A stretch of 62,486 nucleotides of DNA, counting the filler, from Atractiella rhizophila (lineage: Eukaryota), in the NCBI GenBank assembly GCA_021432655.1. It is 4 parts of 4 records of this genome, joined end to end, with 100 filler letters (N's around TTAATTAATTAA, not from the genome) between each part and the next. Parts side by side here need not be neighbours in the genome. Positions count along the whole stretch, not along the records: positions 48,190 to 59,632 come from MU271853.1; positions 59,733 to 62,486 come from MU271883.1; 2 more parts are not named here. One strand, given 5' to 3'. Under the pieces are notes generated by a model that worked only from the letters and a program-made list of their open reading frames with translations, had not been told where the DNA came from and searched no databases. Positions 48,674-62,486 of the stretch are shown here, one piece after another. The position numbers were made by a program, and so were the translations under genes. Positions within the stretch are counted from its first letter, which is position 1. Each line of letters opens with the position of its first letter.

Positions 48674-51600
48674 TTAGGCTGATAGCACGTCCTTCCTTCC
48701 CGTCAATTTGACGTCGACTGCACCGATATGTATCCCTGAACATGTCCACTCAGGTTGGGGTGGAAATGATGGTGGAAGCCACGCACCAAAATTCTCATGG
48801 AACGAAGTCTCGAACTTGCGCCTATCCCAACTGTCTGACAGCTCAAGCGTGAACTCGTGCATCAAACTGGCGATGACCAGTCTCATCTATTCATCGAGTT
48901 CATTACAGTTCCGACAGTTTAAGGGGCAGGATGGCTCACTTGGTGATACGCCAAATTCTTTCCTGCGCATCCGTACGGTCCATAGAGGAACGGCAAAAAG
49001 GCGAGTTTCTCGTTTTTCCATCCGTCTTCATACCACCTTTGAGTTCCACAATTCGAATTAGCATCCAAATTCAATATGGAAGAGAAATATATACCTTTCG
49101 GGACAAAACTCCAGAGTGCGAGGAGAAAAGCACCTCTCGTCTCTGTGAATCGAATAGGTGGGTACGGATATGGATGTATTGGGAGGGATGTATTTCCCAA
49201 CGATGACGGCGCCTAGTATCATTTCGTCAACCGTGCTACCAAAGTTGTGACAACGAGAAGGAACCCTTTGGACCAGTGAAGCGCTGCATTCCTCTCGGAA
49301 CGGGAGGGGCAAGTCGCATACATTCATTGATGCAGGCATTGAGGTACTGACAGTCAGCCTTCAACCAATTTCACGAGTCAGCCGATGGGTGGGACAAATA
49401 GGGAAAAGAAACCTACAAGTTTATCGTACAGCTTGTCGTCATCCATGGGAAAAGGTTGACTTGGTGGGAAGACAGAGTCGAGTTCTCCAACGAGGGTTTT
49501 GTAGCATTCGGGACGAACGGCGAGAATGTAGTACAGAAGGAAAGTCATTGCCACTGAAGTCGTACTAGCGTTTTCGTTGAACGTGATGCGATGGTAGAAA
49601 TGAAGCAAACGCACTCAGAACCAGCTATCATCATATTCACCACCTCATCTTGGGGTCAGCAGGCGTAGGAAGTGGAGAGGAAAGCGCAAACCTCAGCGAG
49701 AACAGTAAACGGGTGAAGAGGGGGATCTGAGTCTTGTCTGTCTTCTCCCATCTAGCAACGATTCAACAATGTAGTCGCCAAAAAACAAAGCAACTACGAC
49801 ATACAAGGTAATGGAACATGTCCTTATGCTTTGCTGTGATAGACCAGTCAGAATCCATCACGTAAAATTGATGGGAAGATAAAGACTGACCACCCTCCTC
49901 CGTTCTCCTTGCAATCCTTGTTACAGCATGATGCCTATCGGTCGTCTATAGTTAGCAGTTATATGATAGGAAGGAAGAGCCACGCACTGCCACCGCTTCT
50001 GATCATCGTTAGCTGGCAAAAGAGCCAGGATGGGTGTGAGCCAAGGAATGTTTCCAAAGAGCGCAAAGATGTCGAGCGCTGGACAACGATCAATCACCCA
50101 TGCGCTCCATGGGATGGGAATTGAGAGATTCCACACCTGTGTTCAGGCTTCCAGGAGGCAAGCGTGTAGAGTCAGCAATGTCTCTGGAGAAAACAAGAGG
50201 TCAGAACTAACATGGGCCACATGCCGATAGGATCGCCTCCCTCCTTCGTCATATTGAAGCTACCACCAAAGAGCAACTCTCCCACTACACTAAGCGGTCA
50301 GCAACATCCTAGGGTGCCAGATTAGAAGCAATGGGCTAATGCGTACTGAAGTCAAAGGTAAAATAACCCAACCACGCATGCATGTCCACCGGTCCCTGCC
50401 TCCCGACCTCCCGCAGACGCTTGAGCCATTCTTCCGCGTCAGTGACCAAGGCGCCTTTGTAGCCGTTCATCGCTTCATTTTGGAAAGCTCGATTGTACAC
50501 CTTCAATTATCACAGTCAGCATCAGCTCTGCTCGATGGGAGGAGGGGAGAGGAGAAGAGACTCACCTGTCGGCGGGCGTGATGCGCTGCATGTCCCCGGA
50601 TCGTGAACATGGGCTGGGCACCTTCGGGTCGCATGAATGCGTCATAGAAGGCTTTAGGTCAAGTAAATACTGGGACATATTCGCAACCAAAGTAGGGAAG
50701 GAGAGATACGTACGGCCTTTCACCAATCCGCCTATGCTTTGATCAGTGCGGTCTGTGAAAGAAAGACGACAGGAAAAAACGAACCTGGTCCATAAATAGC
50801 GGTGATCGCGTCTACGTTATTGACGCTGAGTTCGTTTGGTCCTGCAAGCAACATGGCGTCAGGATAGGTGACCAACGAACGGTGAAGGATATTAGGAGGA
50901 ACAGAGATGGGTTACAGATATGAACGCATCATTATTCAGACGTGACTTCAGAAGATTAAACAGTTCGTCGCGATAATGTCGGATAAGAACACATCGCACC
51001 AACGACCAATAATCCATGCGATCCCATGCCAGTCGCGTCAAGAAGGCCAAGCTAAACAAAGCAAGACCTGAGATGCAACTACAGACAAATGAGGCGGCGG
51101 ACAGGAGGAACTTCGGTTGTTCCAGACCCACTCTCGTTCTACCGTCTTTGGGACACGACGAAAAAGCTTGTTTTGAGGAAGCTTTCAGAGAAGAGAATAG
51201 GAAAGGACTACCGTCAGTTGGAAGAGAAAGGAGGTTCAAGTTGCAGCAAGAAGTCATCGTCGAAGCACGACGGTGCTCCCGCTCTGAGAGAGAATGACCC
51301 ACCGACTCGTACAAAGTCCCCGTAACGCTGATGAAGCTGATGGACGTAATAAGGCCACTGTCCTCTGGCGGTTGTTGTGGCACCAAAGATCTTGGAGACC
51401 CTATCCTTGAGCGGTCCAGGAAAAGATGCGAGAGGGTGGAAGGGGGCGAGTCGATATGTGACAATGGAAGTGCCTAGTGCGAGGAGGTGAACGACAGGGA
51501 TCAGGGGAGACAACCAGAGGGTCACGTGGAACGTGTAGAGAGCGACGGGAGATATGACGAAGAGGGAGGCGACGTAGAACGAGAACTGGAAGAGCGACGG

Positions 51601-51788
51601 CTCGGAGCGTTTGAAGATTTGGTGTACCAACTGTTTCCCGCTTCTAGATCAGATACTGTAATGAGGCAAGAAGCATTAGACGAACGAGGCCAGTGAGGGC
51701 TGCGTAAGCGAGCAATTGATTGACCTCCATCGTTGGTCGTTAGAAGGTGTTCAGGAAACACGAAGAGGGCGAGAGAAACGAGGTACAT
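48674..51788 (-). CDS. Cytochrome P450 (CYP5035/CYP67-like; start approximate)
   Basis: YRLAPFHPLASFPGP, HQRYGDFVRV|GPNELS, I-helix AGS|DTTS, ExxR = ECMR, FCPER, heme motif PFLYGPYGCAG; stop 48674. Confidence 0.95.
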
Positions 51789-52524
51789 TCTTTTGAGCTC
51801 GCTCCCTTTCAACGAGTGAATGTGGGTGTATTGATTGGGTTTGGAAGAACGTAATTCAACTAAACCTTACATAAAGTTACAATTACACGTTTTCTGTCTG
51901 ATCTGCTCTAATGTTCCGTCGTGCTTCTTGTCTTCTCTGACTTCTTCTCTTTGTCTTCCTGATCTTCTTATGGGCCTTCTTCCGCTGCGTTGTTATTTGT
52001 CATCATGATGTGCTTGACAGGCTGAAAGCATGGAAGCATGCACAAGAGTCACCTTAGGATGGGAGAGGGCAGCAAACTCAAAGTTTGCTGTCCCAGACTA
52101 GGGTAACGCATCCTTTCTAAACCCAACTTTATGCCTAATGATCTCTAAATTATCCTTCCTCTTCGCTCTTCTGCCTCATCCACTCCTGCAGCTCCAATGC
52201 GCAACCCAGGCGCTATTCATGTCAGTAATATCATAATAAGCTTCATAACGTTCGTGTTGCTGTCCAGCCTGGTCCATTCAACCTTACTTGATTTCCTTTA
52301 CTAGTAACGACTTATGTGTTCGACGTTCCTTGCCCTCCCGTTGCAACCCAAGAAACCTTTTTCCCACCCTTAAGTCCATCAAAACGGTCTCATTCATTTA
52401 CTCCTGCGCCTATAAAGCTTTGACTGTTGACACCCCCCATTCAAGCCCACGAGGCGTGTCCCAGGCTCACTTTCATTGAAAGTCGTACTCCCTCAATTCT
52501 TCTATAGGGAAATAGTGACCCAAG

Positions 52525-54180
52525 ATGTCGACTACCGCTCCTCCTGATCCTGCCGCTCTAGAGGCCATCTTCAAAAAACTCGAGAAGGATTTAGACGTCT
52601 CCAGGTTCGTCCGTTCTTTCTTTCAGCGTTCGCACGCTCGAACAATTCCTCCCCTCATTCATTCGACTTCTGGTGGAACTGACATGCTCTTTGTGGGACA
52701 GGGTCTACTTCATTTGGTTCGTTTCCTTCCAGCTGTGGAATTTAGCAAGAGAATGACACCAAACGATGTTTCAGTTGCATGAGGTTCGTCCTCGTCCCTC
52801 TCCGTGACGAACCTGATTATTGACGAGCTTGTTGGAGAGCAGCGTCCTCATCTGGGATTGGATTGTCACTTTGTAGGCGCTTCGGCTCGTCCACGAAGAT
52901 AGACACATTGACTGTGACACCAGCCCTAGCGAATACAAGTACATCTGGAGAACCCTTGGTCCATTGCGAAAGTCCTGTTCCTTTTCAACCGCTATTACAC
53001 TCTGGCTGTGGTTTGTCCTTTCCATTCATTTTACAATTAAGAGACTGATTCCAGTTCTGTCCCCAATAGATGACTTGGCTCCAGGTCCTCTGGTGGGCTC
53101 CTGTGCGTCTTCAGCTTATGCTCCTGTCTCCGTCCTCAATGGATGAGTTCCAGCTACCTCGATCCTTCTGCAACAAGGTGTTTCTCACGGAACCCTTCCT
53201 CACCACCTTCGTCCTCGTCGGATGTCACCTCATCTTCTTCCTCCGCACCGGCGCGCTCTGGTCCTGGAACAAGTACGTCGTCGCCGTCCAGGTCGTCATT
53301 CTGGTGTTCGAAATCGCGTCCGAATTTGCCAGCGGCGCTAAAAATGTCTGTGCGTCTTCTCTTCATTCCAATCTTACCCAGAAAGACGCAGTCTGACATG
53401 TTGATTGTACAGTGCTCCCTGGTCAAACCATCGGTTGTATCTCTGGATCCGGAGTGTCCTACATTTGGCTGTATTGGTTAGTCTTACTCCCAGGTTGATG
53501 GAATGTGCTATGGCTGATTTTCTCCAGGCTTGGCCCTCTCCTGTTCGAGTATGAATATCGATCTCAGAACGTGCACAAACTGAATGATGTATAGTACGAC
53601 TACCCTTGTTCTCACCGCCTGGAGGGTATACGTATGCAGGAAGTTGGCGGGAGGCACTAACACCCCATTGCTTAAACAGTGCGTCTTCTTACCATTTTCT
53701 TGGTAACTGGCGATTAACTGCAGACCCTGCTGAAGACTTTTACACGACGGCCTTCTTTACTTCATAATTGTATTCGTTGTCAACTTGTTGGTTCGTTTCC
53801 TCCCCTCGATCTCGCGCCAGAGAGCCTTGTTAACACTGATATAGAACGAGGTTTTCTTCCTCTTACCAAATCCTGCTCTTCAAGCTCTCCATTCCGGCCT
53901 CGCCATTGTCATGTGAGTTCTTCAGATCCCTTTCGGCTTTGCCTGACCTGAAGGCAATAGAACGTCTATCATGGCCTCTCGACTCATGCTCAAGCTGAGA
54001 AGGTTCTCTCAAATCGTGCGTCTTTTTGTAAACCTTTCCCAGTTTGAGCTAACTTGGATGTTGGGTATACAGACCGCAGACGGCTCTTGGACTTCTTGGA
54101 CCAATGTGGGGATCAGCACAACGAGGACAGGGGCTAGAAGCACAAACGTCATGAGTGGTGGGGGGGCGAGTGGTGAGTGA
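52525..54180 (+). CDS. DUF6533-type basidiomycete multi-pass membrane protein with an apparent 1-nt frameshift
   Basis: VLIWDWIVT, EYKYIWR then out-of-frame WSIAKVLFLFNRYY, IFFLRTGALWSWNK, LHDGLLYF, MASRLMLKLRR. Confidence 0.8.
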
Positions 54181-55431
54181 CCTTCCGCGACAAAACCATT
54201 CCTGAGACGAACCCCTGCGTCAGGTCATCGTATGAAACCCCTGCGGAATGCGAAAGTCGGACAGACGACATTTAACAACCACATAGAGACTGTAGATGTG
54301 GAGGGACAAGAGGGATCAGCGTCGTCGTTGAGAAGAGAGTGGTTGAAGATGACCTTGAGAGTGGGTATGAGGATGGAGTCGGGGTGAGCGATGCGGAAGA
54401 CAAGAGGGAGAAGGGAGAGTTTGGATCGTAAAAGGACGTTTTCTCACACCGTCTTTGCGCAAGGTAAGTTATGTGATCCGACTTTTATGTGTCGATATCT
54501 GTTCGTCGTCAAATTGATCGTGAGTTGCGATCAGTCATTTCAGGTCTTTGGTCGTTATGAGGCAATGTTGAAATGTATAAAAGCTCTTGATGGTTACGAA
54601 ATCCCAAGCAGGAACAGTGGAAGCGACTGAAAAGGTGATCAATGACCATGAAATGCGCCAGTCAATAGGGGGTTTCAAACTGGGCTGCTACAGTTAGTAG
54701 GAAGCCCTTCCTACAGTACCAACTTTGAAACCTCTAATGTTTCTGACCCGTATTCCGTTTTCGCATATTGCCCGTCATGCAGCCAGTCCAATATACAGTT
54801 TTGCCCAGAGGATCCAGGATATTACAGTAGATTGCCGGGATTGGTGTTGTCCTGGATGTTGTTTCAATGTGCAAAGGGACGCGGCGTACGTACGCCAAAC
54901 GGCTTTCAAATTGATAACATAACAAACAAGATTCAATTTCATGATTTTGGTCCTGAAAGTGCTTTGAAGCTTTGAAGAGTCACTGGATGAATCCAGCCAT
55001 GAAAGGCCGCTCATCTAGATCATGCACACTCTTTGTCGTGGTTCACAGGATGGCCTGTGAATAAGCCAAACAAACAAGGCTTATTTGCATCTGTTTTCCT
55101 TTTCTGAACGATTTCCTTGAATAACCTTCTCTTTGGCCAGAATGTTTGCATCTAGTGTTCCCTTTTGTCATCTGATTCGATTTAATTCGATCAGCCCGTA
55201 TTTGCGTTTGCGTGTGCATTTTGAGAGCAACATTTGAGCTAAAGAAGGGAGATTCAACAAAGGACCACCTTAGTTACTCCCAAGTGCTAGGTCTCTTCCT
55301 TTGATCGAACTCTTCGATTGTTGTTCTCTTCAGCAGCACAAGACAGTTGGGTATAATAACCCCTCTCACTCTAACGACTCACGAGTTTCAGCTTCAATCG
55401 TCCGATTTGACTCCAAATCCAATCACCAACC

Positions 55432-58400
55432 ATGCATGAATACCTCCTACTGCTCTATTCTATCTCCATCTGCCTCTATCCGTTCATCTCCCGCCTTCCC
55501 CTGCCCTTCTTTCCTCGCACTCGCCGACGGTCTCCCCTCTCAGCGGGTAGTAGTGGTATCGGTCTCACAACAGCTCTCTCCTTGTTGTCCTCCTCTAAAG
55601 CAAACCCACTCAACGGCAGGAGAGGATCTCGACCGAGCCTGTTCCCTTCTTCTCCTGCGCCGTGGTTGGAGGATGGAGTAGATAAGGATGGCGACGAGGA
55701 AGACACGCGGAGGTTCGGTATGGAGGTCAAGATGGAGGATTTGGAGGAGAAGGATAGGCCTGAGATCGAGAGCGCGAGCAGTAAAGTGGCTCGAAAGAGA
55801 TGGAAAAGGACAGCCATTTTACTTGGGATTAGAATATCATTGGAACTGGTGAGGTTAACCCTACCACGTCCATCTTCCCCAAACGGCGGCGGCAGCTTTG
55901 CGCTGCAGTCGACCCCAACAATAGACGATGAGCTCGACTTGGAACTCCTCCTCCTCTCCTCTCGATCGGACAAGCCCAACCCGTCCTCACCCTCACTGCG
56001 TTCCTTCCTAACCCTCCTCTCACTCTTTCCCCTTCTCCTCCCCTTCCTCTCAATCCACAGCCTTCCCCGCGCTCAATGGCCCCTCATCGGCTGGTCAACG
56101 CTTGATGCGGTGTGCGCTACGGTTGGGTTGGTGCAGCGCGATTACTTGGGAGCTGGAGCGGAGGCGGTGCTCATGGCTTTCGAAGCGATCGCGAGTGCTG
56201 GCGTCGTGTGGGTGGTAGGAGGAGCGACAACACAAGGAATAATAGCAGGGGAGGTGCGTTTTTTTTCCGTCTAGTATGCCTCCATTGCGCTTTATTGTAG
56301 TGCTTCGTCTAGAAGTGTTGCAGGCGAATTGCAGAGTAAAGTGGTCCCTTTAAGAACAACTTTTCCTACTCACAGCAGACTTGTGTTACTCTTTATCTCG
56401 ATTTCTAGATTTCTTCTATAACGACTGACGTTTCTTGGTGCAGGATAATGTCTCTCCAGAGTATTCCTCCTCCATCATTTCCCGTGCCACTTTTTCGTGG
56501 GTTTGGTCCCTGATTGCTCTCAGCGAAAATGCTCGGACAGTTGAAGAAGGACCAGACGACATTTCCAAATGGATTTGGAAGTTTTTCCCTTTCGAAAGAA
56601 GTCATTACATCGCTAGATTTTGGATCCGTGCATCGTTTACTCCGTAAGTTCACCCATGCCGCAGGATTTGAAGCTAATATCTCGACCAGCAATTCGGCAG
56701 AACTAGATCTGTATAAATTATTGCTTCGCGTCTCCAGAAAGTCTTTATTCATCATCCTGGCCTTGAGTTCCGTCACCACGTTCCTCTCGTTTCGCTACGA
56801 TCTTCTATATCACGGAAATTGTCTCTACCCTTCAGGCTAATGCAACATCGGACCACGAGAATCGTCGTCGGATCTTTGCCTTCGCATTTTACGCATTCAT
56901 CATCAATATGTTGCGCGCTCTCATAGTAGCATTCTATCAGTGGGAGCAACAGAGACTCGCACTTCGAATTAAGTCCTGTTAGTATTCGCATTTCATTTCC
57001 GCTCCATCTGAACCAACCGACAGGTTTGATCAATACTATCTACGCAAAATCCCTGCGGATCAACACTCTGGCGACAAGTGATGAGAGCTCTCAAGGCAGC
57101 CGCGGACAAACCTACAACCTCATCTCAGAGGACTGCGCCACAATCGGTTCCGTCATTTCTCACAACCTAGACAACGTTCTCGGTCCCTCGATCTCTATCT
57201 GTGGAACAGTCTTTTGGACGTGGTAGTATGTCACTTTTGTCGAACAGCTTGTTCCTCATCCTGTTTACAGTCTTTTGGGCTGGGGAGCCTTATTATCCCT
57301 CCTTGCTGTTCTGACGGTTCTTTACATCGCCAGTAATTGGGCAGTTGTCAGAGCATTCCGTGTAGGAGTTCGAATGAACAGTGCCCATGACGCGACGATT
57401 GGGAGGATCAGCGAACTCATTCGATGTAGGTCATCTCTGTCCATATCTATTTGCTTAACGATAGCACAGCTATCAAGTCCATCAAAGCCAGCGCCTCTGA
57501 AAACAAGCATTTATCCGATGTCCTCCGGTATCGCAACGCTTTTCTTGGCCTCTGGGCTGCCCAAAAGCGCTATCAAGCTCTCCTGAACAGTTTTTGGTAC
57601 GTGAATGTCGTCATTGAGAAGCTAGCCTCACTATTTTCACAGGATGCTGTGTCCTGACCTGATCATATGCCTTTGCTTCTTTTTGTTCTTTGTCGTGCAA
57701 GGTGCCACGTTCGATCTCAGCGCCGCTATAGCAGTCAGTACTCTGATACGGCAGGTTCGTACTCACATCCCCGTCTACTATGCGCTAACGATGATAGCAG
57801 CTGTCGTTACCCCTCGGCGTTTTACCTGAAGCAATTAGTAAGTCCCTCACATAGCATTTGTTTGCCACTAACAGTAATGATGCTCACTGGTAGAGAATCT
57901 GAGCTATAGTACCTTGCTTCTGGAAAACTTGAAACGGTGCTAACGGTTTCAATAGTGAAGGCCAACTTAACCCGCATCGCAAAGTATCTTCAACAGACAG
58001 AGACGAAACCTCGAGACTGGGACGCCATTGGAGTGGATAAAGGCTTTCATCTTACGAACGCTTGGTTCCGTCCGACCTCGAATAGATCAAACAATGCTGA
58101 GAATACTCTTGAATTCCGGCTTCGTGATCTTACCTTTTCGCTCCAAGGAGAAGGCATTACTGTTATTACTGGTCCCAGTGGATCGGGTAAAACATTTTTG
58201 CTGCTCGCTTTGTTGGGAGGTAAGCTATAGCGGTTTACTGCAGTGAGCTGACCACCGCATAATAGAATTGTCTTTATCGCAAGGTTCTGTCATACGACCA
58301 ACCGGCGGTGTTGCTTACGTTGACCAACAACCTTGGTGCGCGTCAGGCACAATTAGAAGCCAGGTATGTTCTCATAACGACAATACTCGTTGGACTCTCA

Positions 58401-59632
58401 TGTGGACCTACAGATCGTTTTTTATTCTCCATGGGACGAATCGAGGTATCGTGCAGTGGTGCGTTGTTGCATTTGTCCTGCTCTCCCATCTGAAAAGAGT
58501 GCGCCAGTTGGAAGCTTGCAACCTGGTGTCGGACATGGTATACACTACTTTCTCTTGAGCTCTTTTACTTATTGTTGATCATAGGCCCAAATGAAAGACG
58601 GTGACTTCACAGAAACTGGTGCCGGAAGTTCGACGCTGTCAGGTGGTCAACAAGTGAGCTAAACCGTACTTGAATACATAAATCTTACACCTTCACAGGC
58701 AAGAATAGCAATCGCCCGAGCTCTCTATTCTTCTCATCGTTACATCTTTTTGGACGAACCACTTGCGGCCGTCGATAACGAAACAGCCCGTTATCTCCTC
58801 AAGTATTGTTTTCAAAGCCCTCTCATGGAAGGCAGAACGGTGGTGGTCACGACCCATAACCCTTCCGCCTTCCGACCTCTAGCAACTGCAGTGTTCAAGA
58901 TGGACGGCGGACGAATGACTGGAGAAACTTGTCTAGCTCAGCCGCCTACCCGAACATCGCAAACACCTTCTCCCCTTGGACGGCAATATTCCACTCCCGG
59001 GATCGAGAAGAATACTGTCCCTCTAACGTTCCCGGACCATCATGGCTCGGTCCCCGTGTACATAGCTTGGGTATACGCTCGCGCAGTTGGTCCTCTCGCA
59101 TGGGTCGTCACGATTTCTGGTATATTCGTTATACGTCAGCTTTATACTGAGGAAGGAAGCGTGTACAGCGCATGGTCGGATGGCAGAAATGCGTGGCACC
59201 TTTTCCAGCTGTTCTCTCTCTCCTTCCTCCGGCTCGTTGTTACTGTTAACAACATAGGTTTCTCTTACTGGGGCAGCCTACGGGCGAGCCGAAACCTCTT
59301 CGCGTCGGCAATTCGATCGCTGCTTTACGCTCCGCTACAGCTTCACTCAGAGATTGGCGCTGGAACCTTCCTTGCCCGCTTCACCGACTTCACTATTGTT
59401 GACAACCACATCGTGATCTCTTTAGGCCTCGTGTCAGTGTTATGTAGCTTCCCAACTTACCAACTTACTAACAATACTGCAGCTTCAACAACGGCTCATA
59501 CCTTTTAGGCCTCTTCAATGCGATATTCAAAGCGATGCCAATCTTGTGCTTGGCATGCCTGCCCACATTTTTGTACTGCTTTCGACTTTTGCGGCGCTAC
59601 GTCAGATTGAGTCTGAAACTGAATCGATTGGA
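55432..59632 (+). CDS. ABC transporter, ABCC/MRP subfamily (truncated by the contig end within TMD2)
   Basis: SPEYSSSIISRATFSWV, IYAKSLR, Walker A GPSGSGKT, AYVDQQPW, signature LSGGQQ|ARIAIARALY, Walker B IFLDEPLAAVD, GSLRASRNLF. Confidence 0.93.
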
Positions 59633-59732
59633 NNNNNNNNNNNNNNNNNNNNNNNNNNNNNNNNNNNNNNNNNNNNTTAATTAATTAANNNNNNNNNNNN
59701 NNNNNNNNNNNNNNNNNNNNNNNNNNNNNNNN
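59633..59732. other. Artificial contig linker
   Basis: N run, TTAATTAATTAA, N run. Confidence 0.98.
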
Positions 59733-59746
59733 AAAGCAATGAAGCC

Positions 59747-62340
59747 ATGGACTCAAAGGGAAGTGCAGCAGCAGTTATCGCAGAGGTATGGTCTTCATAC
59801 ATGCTCAGGAATCCCCACAAGAAACACATAGTCTAGTACCTGAAACACCCAGACGATCTCATCAAACTGCCGACTGTGCGAAAGAAGATCCAACGCGAGA
59901 AAGCATTGCTGGAGGTCAAGCTGAAAGAGAGCGCAAAGGTTCAGCTAGATGCTACTAAAGAGGTCTGTACTCTACTACATGCTGTTTCCAAGGGAGAAGA
60001 CAGAGTAATTTGTGTTGCAGGGAATCGAACGGCTGGCGAAGGCTAGGTTAGCCATTTCTGGCATCAAAGAAGACTTTGTAGTCATGGGGAGGTTGAGCAA
60101 AGAGGAAGTGGATATAGAGGGATGGAACATGTTACAGGAGGTCTGCTATTGTTCATTCTCTCTACCTGAAGTGGAAGCTCACCCCACGACTCAGGTCTCC
60201 CGAGTTCATCGCAACTTCGTGCTAGCTAGTGAGACAACCACAAACCTTCGGAACCTCCAAACACGCATAAAAGCGGTAAAGAAGCTGCTGTCAATCGACC
60301 GTGCCGACCCATTAGGTCCATCTAAGAACCTGCTACAAATCCACTACCAGGTTTCAGAAATGGAAAAGTTCCGGAACGAGACTGTCATGCGGGCAAAGAA
60401 GAGCACGCCGGAGGAGAAGAAGACGTTGGATCGCTATTTTGAGCCGGTGGGAGAGTTGTGAGTCTCTTTTGTGCATCCGGGGCTCATACTAGGGCTGAGG
60501 AGAGACAGAATAGAAGAGTTCGAGGCTCACTATCTTCTATTAGCGGGAAGTATACTAGAAATAGTACGCAAAGGAAACCCAACTGTTGTGATTAAAATTG
60601 TCAAGATTGCAGAGGTGGAAGGTGCGCTAGATGAGAAGAGTGTCACAATCAAATTGTTGCGCAGGCAGAACAATGATGTCAGTACGCTTCTTGTTTCTAA
60701 GGGGATCTTTAACCGCTTGTGCTTGATAGATTGCGGCACGGTTTGACTACATGGAAGCTGCCGCGCGCAATATCAAACGATACCGTGCCAAAGTGCTCGA
60801 TGCCATCCGCGCTTCCTGCAAGACAGCCATGGAGCGCAAGTTCGTCTCAAATCGTTCTGACCCGGTTGCATTCCTGGAAGACCTTGCCTGGATGTTCGAC
60901 GATCTGGAGCTTGTCCGCGAGTTTCTTGTCGATCGTTTTCCCGCCGATTGGAACATCGAGCAACAATTCGTCAAGGCTTACCATAAGGCTCTGTACGAGT
61001 TCTTGAAGAAGTTGACGACCGCGGATGGTGGTGTGGATGCGGCTTCTTTGCTTGCGATGAGCCAATTTGCGAAGGAATACAAGAAGTCGATGATCGCTAG
61101 TTATGGCAGTGATGAATGGATCAAGCCACCCCTTTTCGATGACAAGGCGTCAGAGTTAATGGAAGACTACCTTAACGTGATCGTGAAGAAGATGACGGAA
61201 TGGACGAACAACCTCATGAAGACCGAAACCAAAGCTTTCGGCGATAGAGAGCAGGAGCCCTCGAAGGATGGCGATAACAAGTATTCGCTCACCGGCTCCG
61301 TCATCTTTTTCGAGATGCTCAATCAGCAGGTCAACCTTGCTCTTGATTCGAATCAGGCACTCACGCTATCCAAAGTCGTGGAATCCAGCAACAAAGTCAT
61401 GCGCGATCAGCAAACGCTCTGGGTCAAGACGCTTGACACCGAGTACAAGGCATACGAGAAAGCTCCTAACACAGTTGCCCCTGGTCTGCCAGAATATACG
61501 ATGGCCCTCGCAAATGATCAAGTGAAGAGTGCCAACTTCGCCGAAGCAATGTCCAATCGACTCGAACCTCTCGTCAGTGAAAAGTACAAGGATCGCATAG
61601 CAGATTCAATTAACGACGCAATGGATGGATATCTAGATGTCGCGAAGAGGTGTATACAAGTACTCATCGACATACTTTTCAATGACATCAAATCGGCAGT
61701 TTCGGATCTTTTCTCCTCGAAGTGGTATAACGAGTCTCCAATTGAACAAATCGCAGCGACGATCTCGGATTACATGCAGGACTACAAGAACGAACTGAAC
61801 TCCAATCTCTTTGATCTCGCGCTGGACGACGTGATCGACACTTTCTTGGTCAAGTACATTGATACGATGAGGAAATGTGGAAAGCTCAAGATGCCGCAAG
61901 CAATGGATAGGATCAAAGAGGATGTTAGGAAGATGGTCAAAATGTTTGCCACCTATAAGCCGCCAAAGGAGCTGGAGGAAGACTTCCGGGTGCTCGATTC
62001 CATATTGGCTCTCCTCTCATCATCAAAAACACTCTTCGCGCTGGATTACTATCAAGTTCGTTTTCGCATCTTCTCCCTATATTTGTTTTGAAGTTGACCG
62101 TTAACCCTGGTATTTCAGTTCGCGAAGGAATACGGTCCACAACTCAAATTCGTCGAATCCATCCTGAAGGCGCGAGACGACCTGGACAGGGGATCGACCT
62201 CGGACCTGATAGAGACTATACGTCGAAAAGCAGAGTCGACCGAGGCTCCCGCAAACCCTACAATTTTCGATCGACTCCCTGCAGCCACCGGTTTGATGGA
62301 TAGGATTCAGGGACAGCTTAATGCCAGCACTCCAAAGTAG
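59747..62340 (+). CDS. SEC6: Exocyst complex component Sec6
   Basis: YLKHPDDLIKL, VSRVHRNF, NLLQIHYQ...LVDRFPADWNI, EYTMALANDQ, TISDYMQDY, ESILKARDDLD; TAG 62338-62340. Confidence 0.95.
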
Positions 62341-62486
62341 ATGATTTCTTCATCCCCTGTACTACCATTTGTTGTGCATTGCATCATTTCGTTCACTGTG
62401 CATTCTGGACTAATCAAGAGCGAGCTGTGTCGAATTCAATTCCCTTACACTCCTGCAGTTTTTCAAGGAGCAGCGTGAAGAGTAAA

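Overview
Eukaryotic, intron-rich fungal DNA. It is most consistent with a basidiomycete (DUF6533 and CYP5035-like genes, mostly short introns, degenerate donors such as GTTCGT/GTCCGT/GTGCGT); a Pucciniomycotina placement is only an inference. The window is four contigs joined by artificial N-TTAATTAATTAA-N linkers (24032-24130, 48090-48189, 59633-59732), so adjacency across these points has no meaning. Contig 1: 3' end of an aldehyde dehydrogenase, mitochondrial-type rhomboid, two convergent tRNA-Gly(TCC) genes, Zn2Cys6 protein, GH1 beta-glucosidase, broken GH71 alpha-1,3-glucanase, allantoate-permease-type MFS, F-box-like protein, YheT/EHT1-type hydrolase, velvet protein and CLPTM1. Contig 2: two-finger GATA factor, S28 peptidase, importin-13/transportin-3-like gene with a 3.4-kb internal tandem duplication, FUN14 and TDP1. 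Contig 3: cytochrome P450, DUF6533 protein and a truncated ABCC transporter. Contig 4: SEC6. The most notable observations are (1) the importin duplication, where neither copy is complete but differences are mostly silent; (2) a GH71 gene whose 5' part is inverted; (3) a tRNA pair differing only by four compensatory acceptor-stem pairs; and (4) recurrent ~670-700-nt first introns. I cannot support a clearly new multi-gene system from sequence alone. Exon boundaries were read by eye and are approximate where stated.
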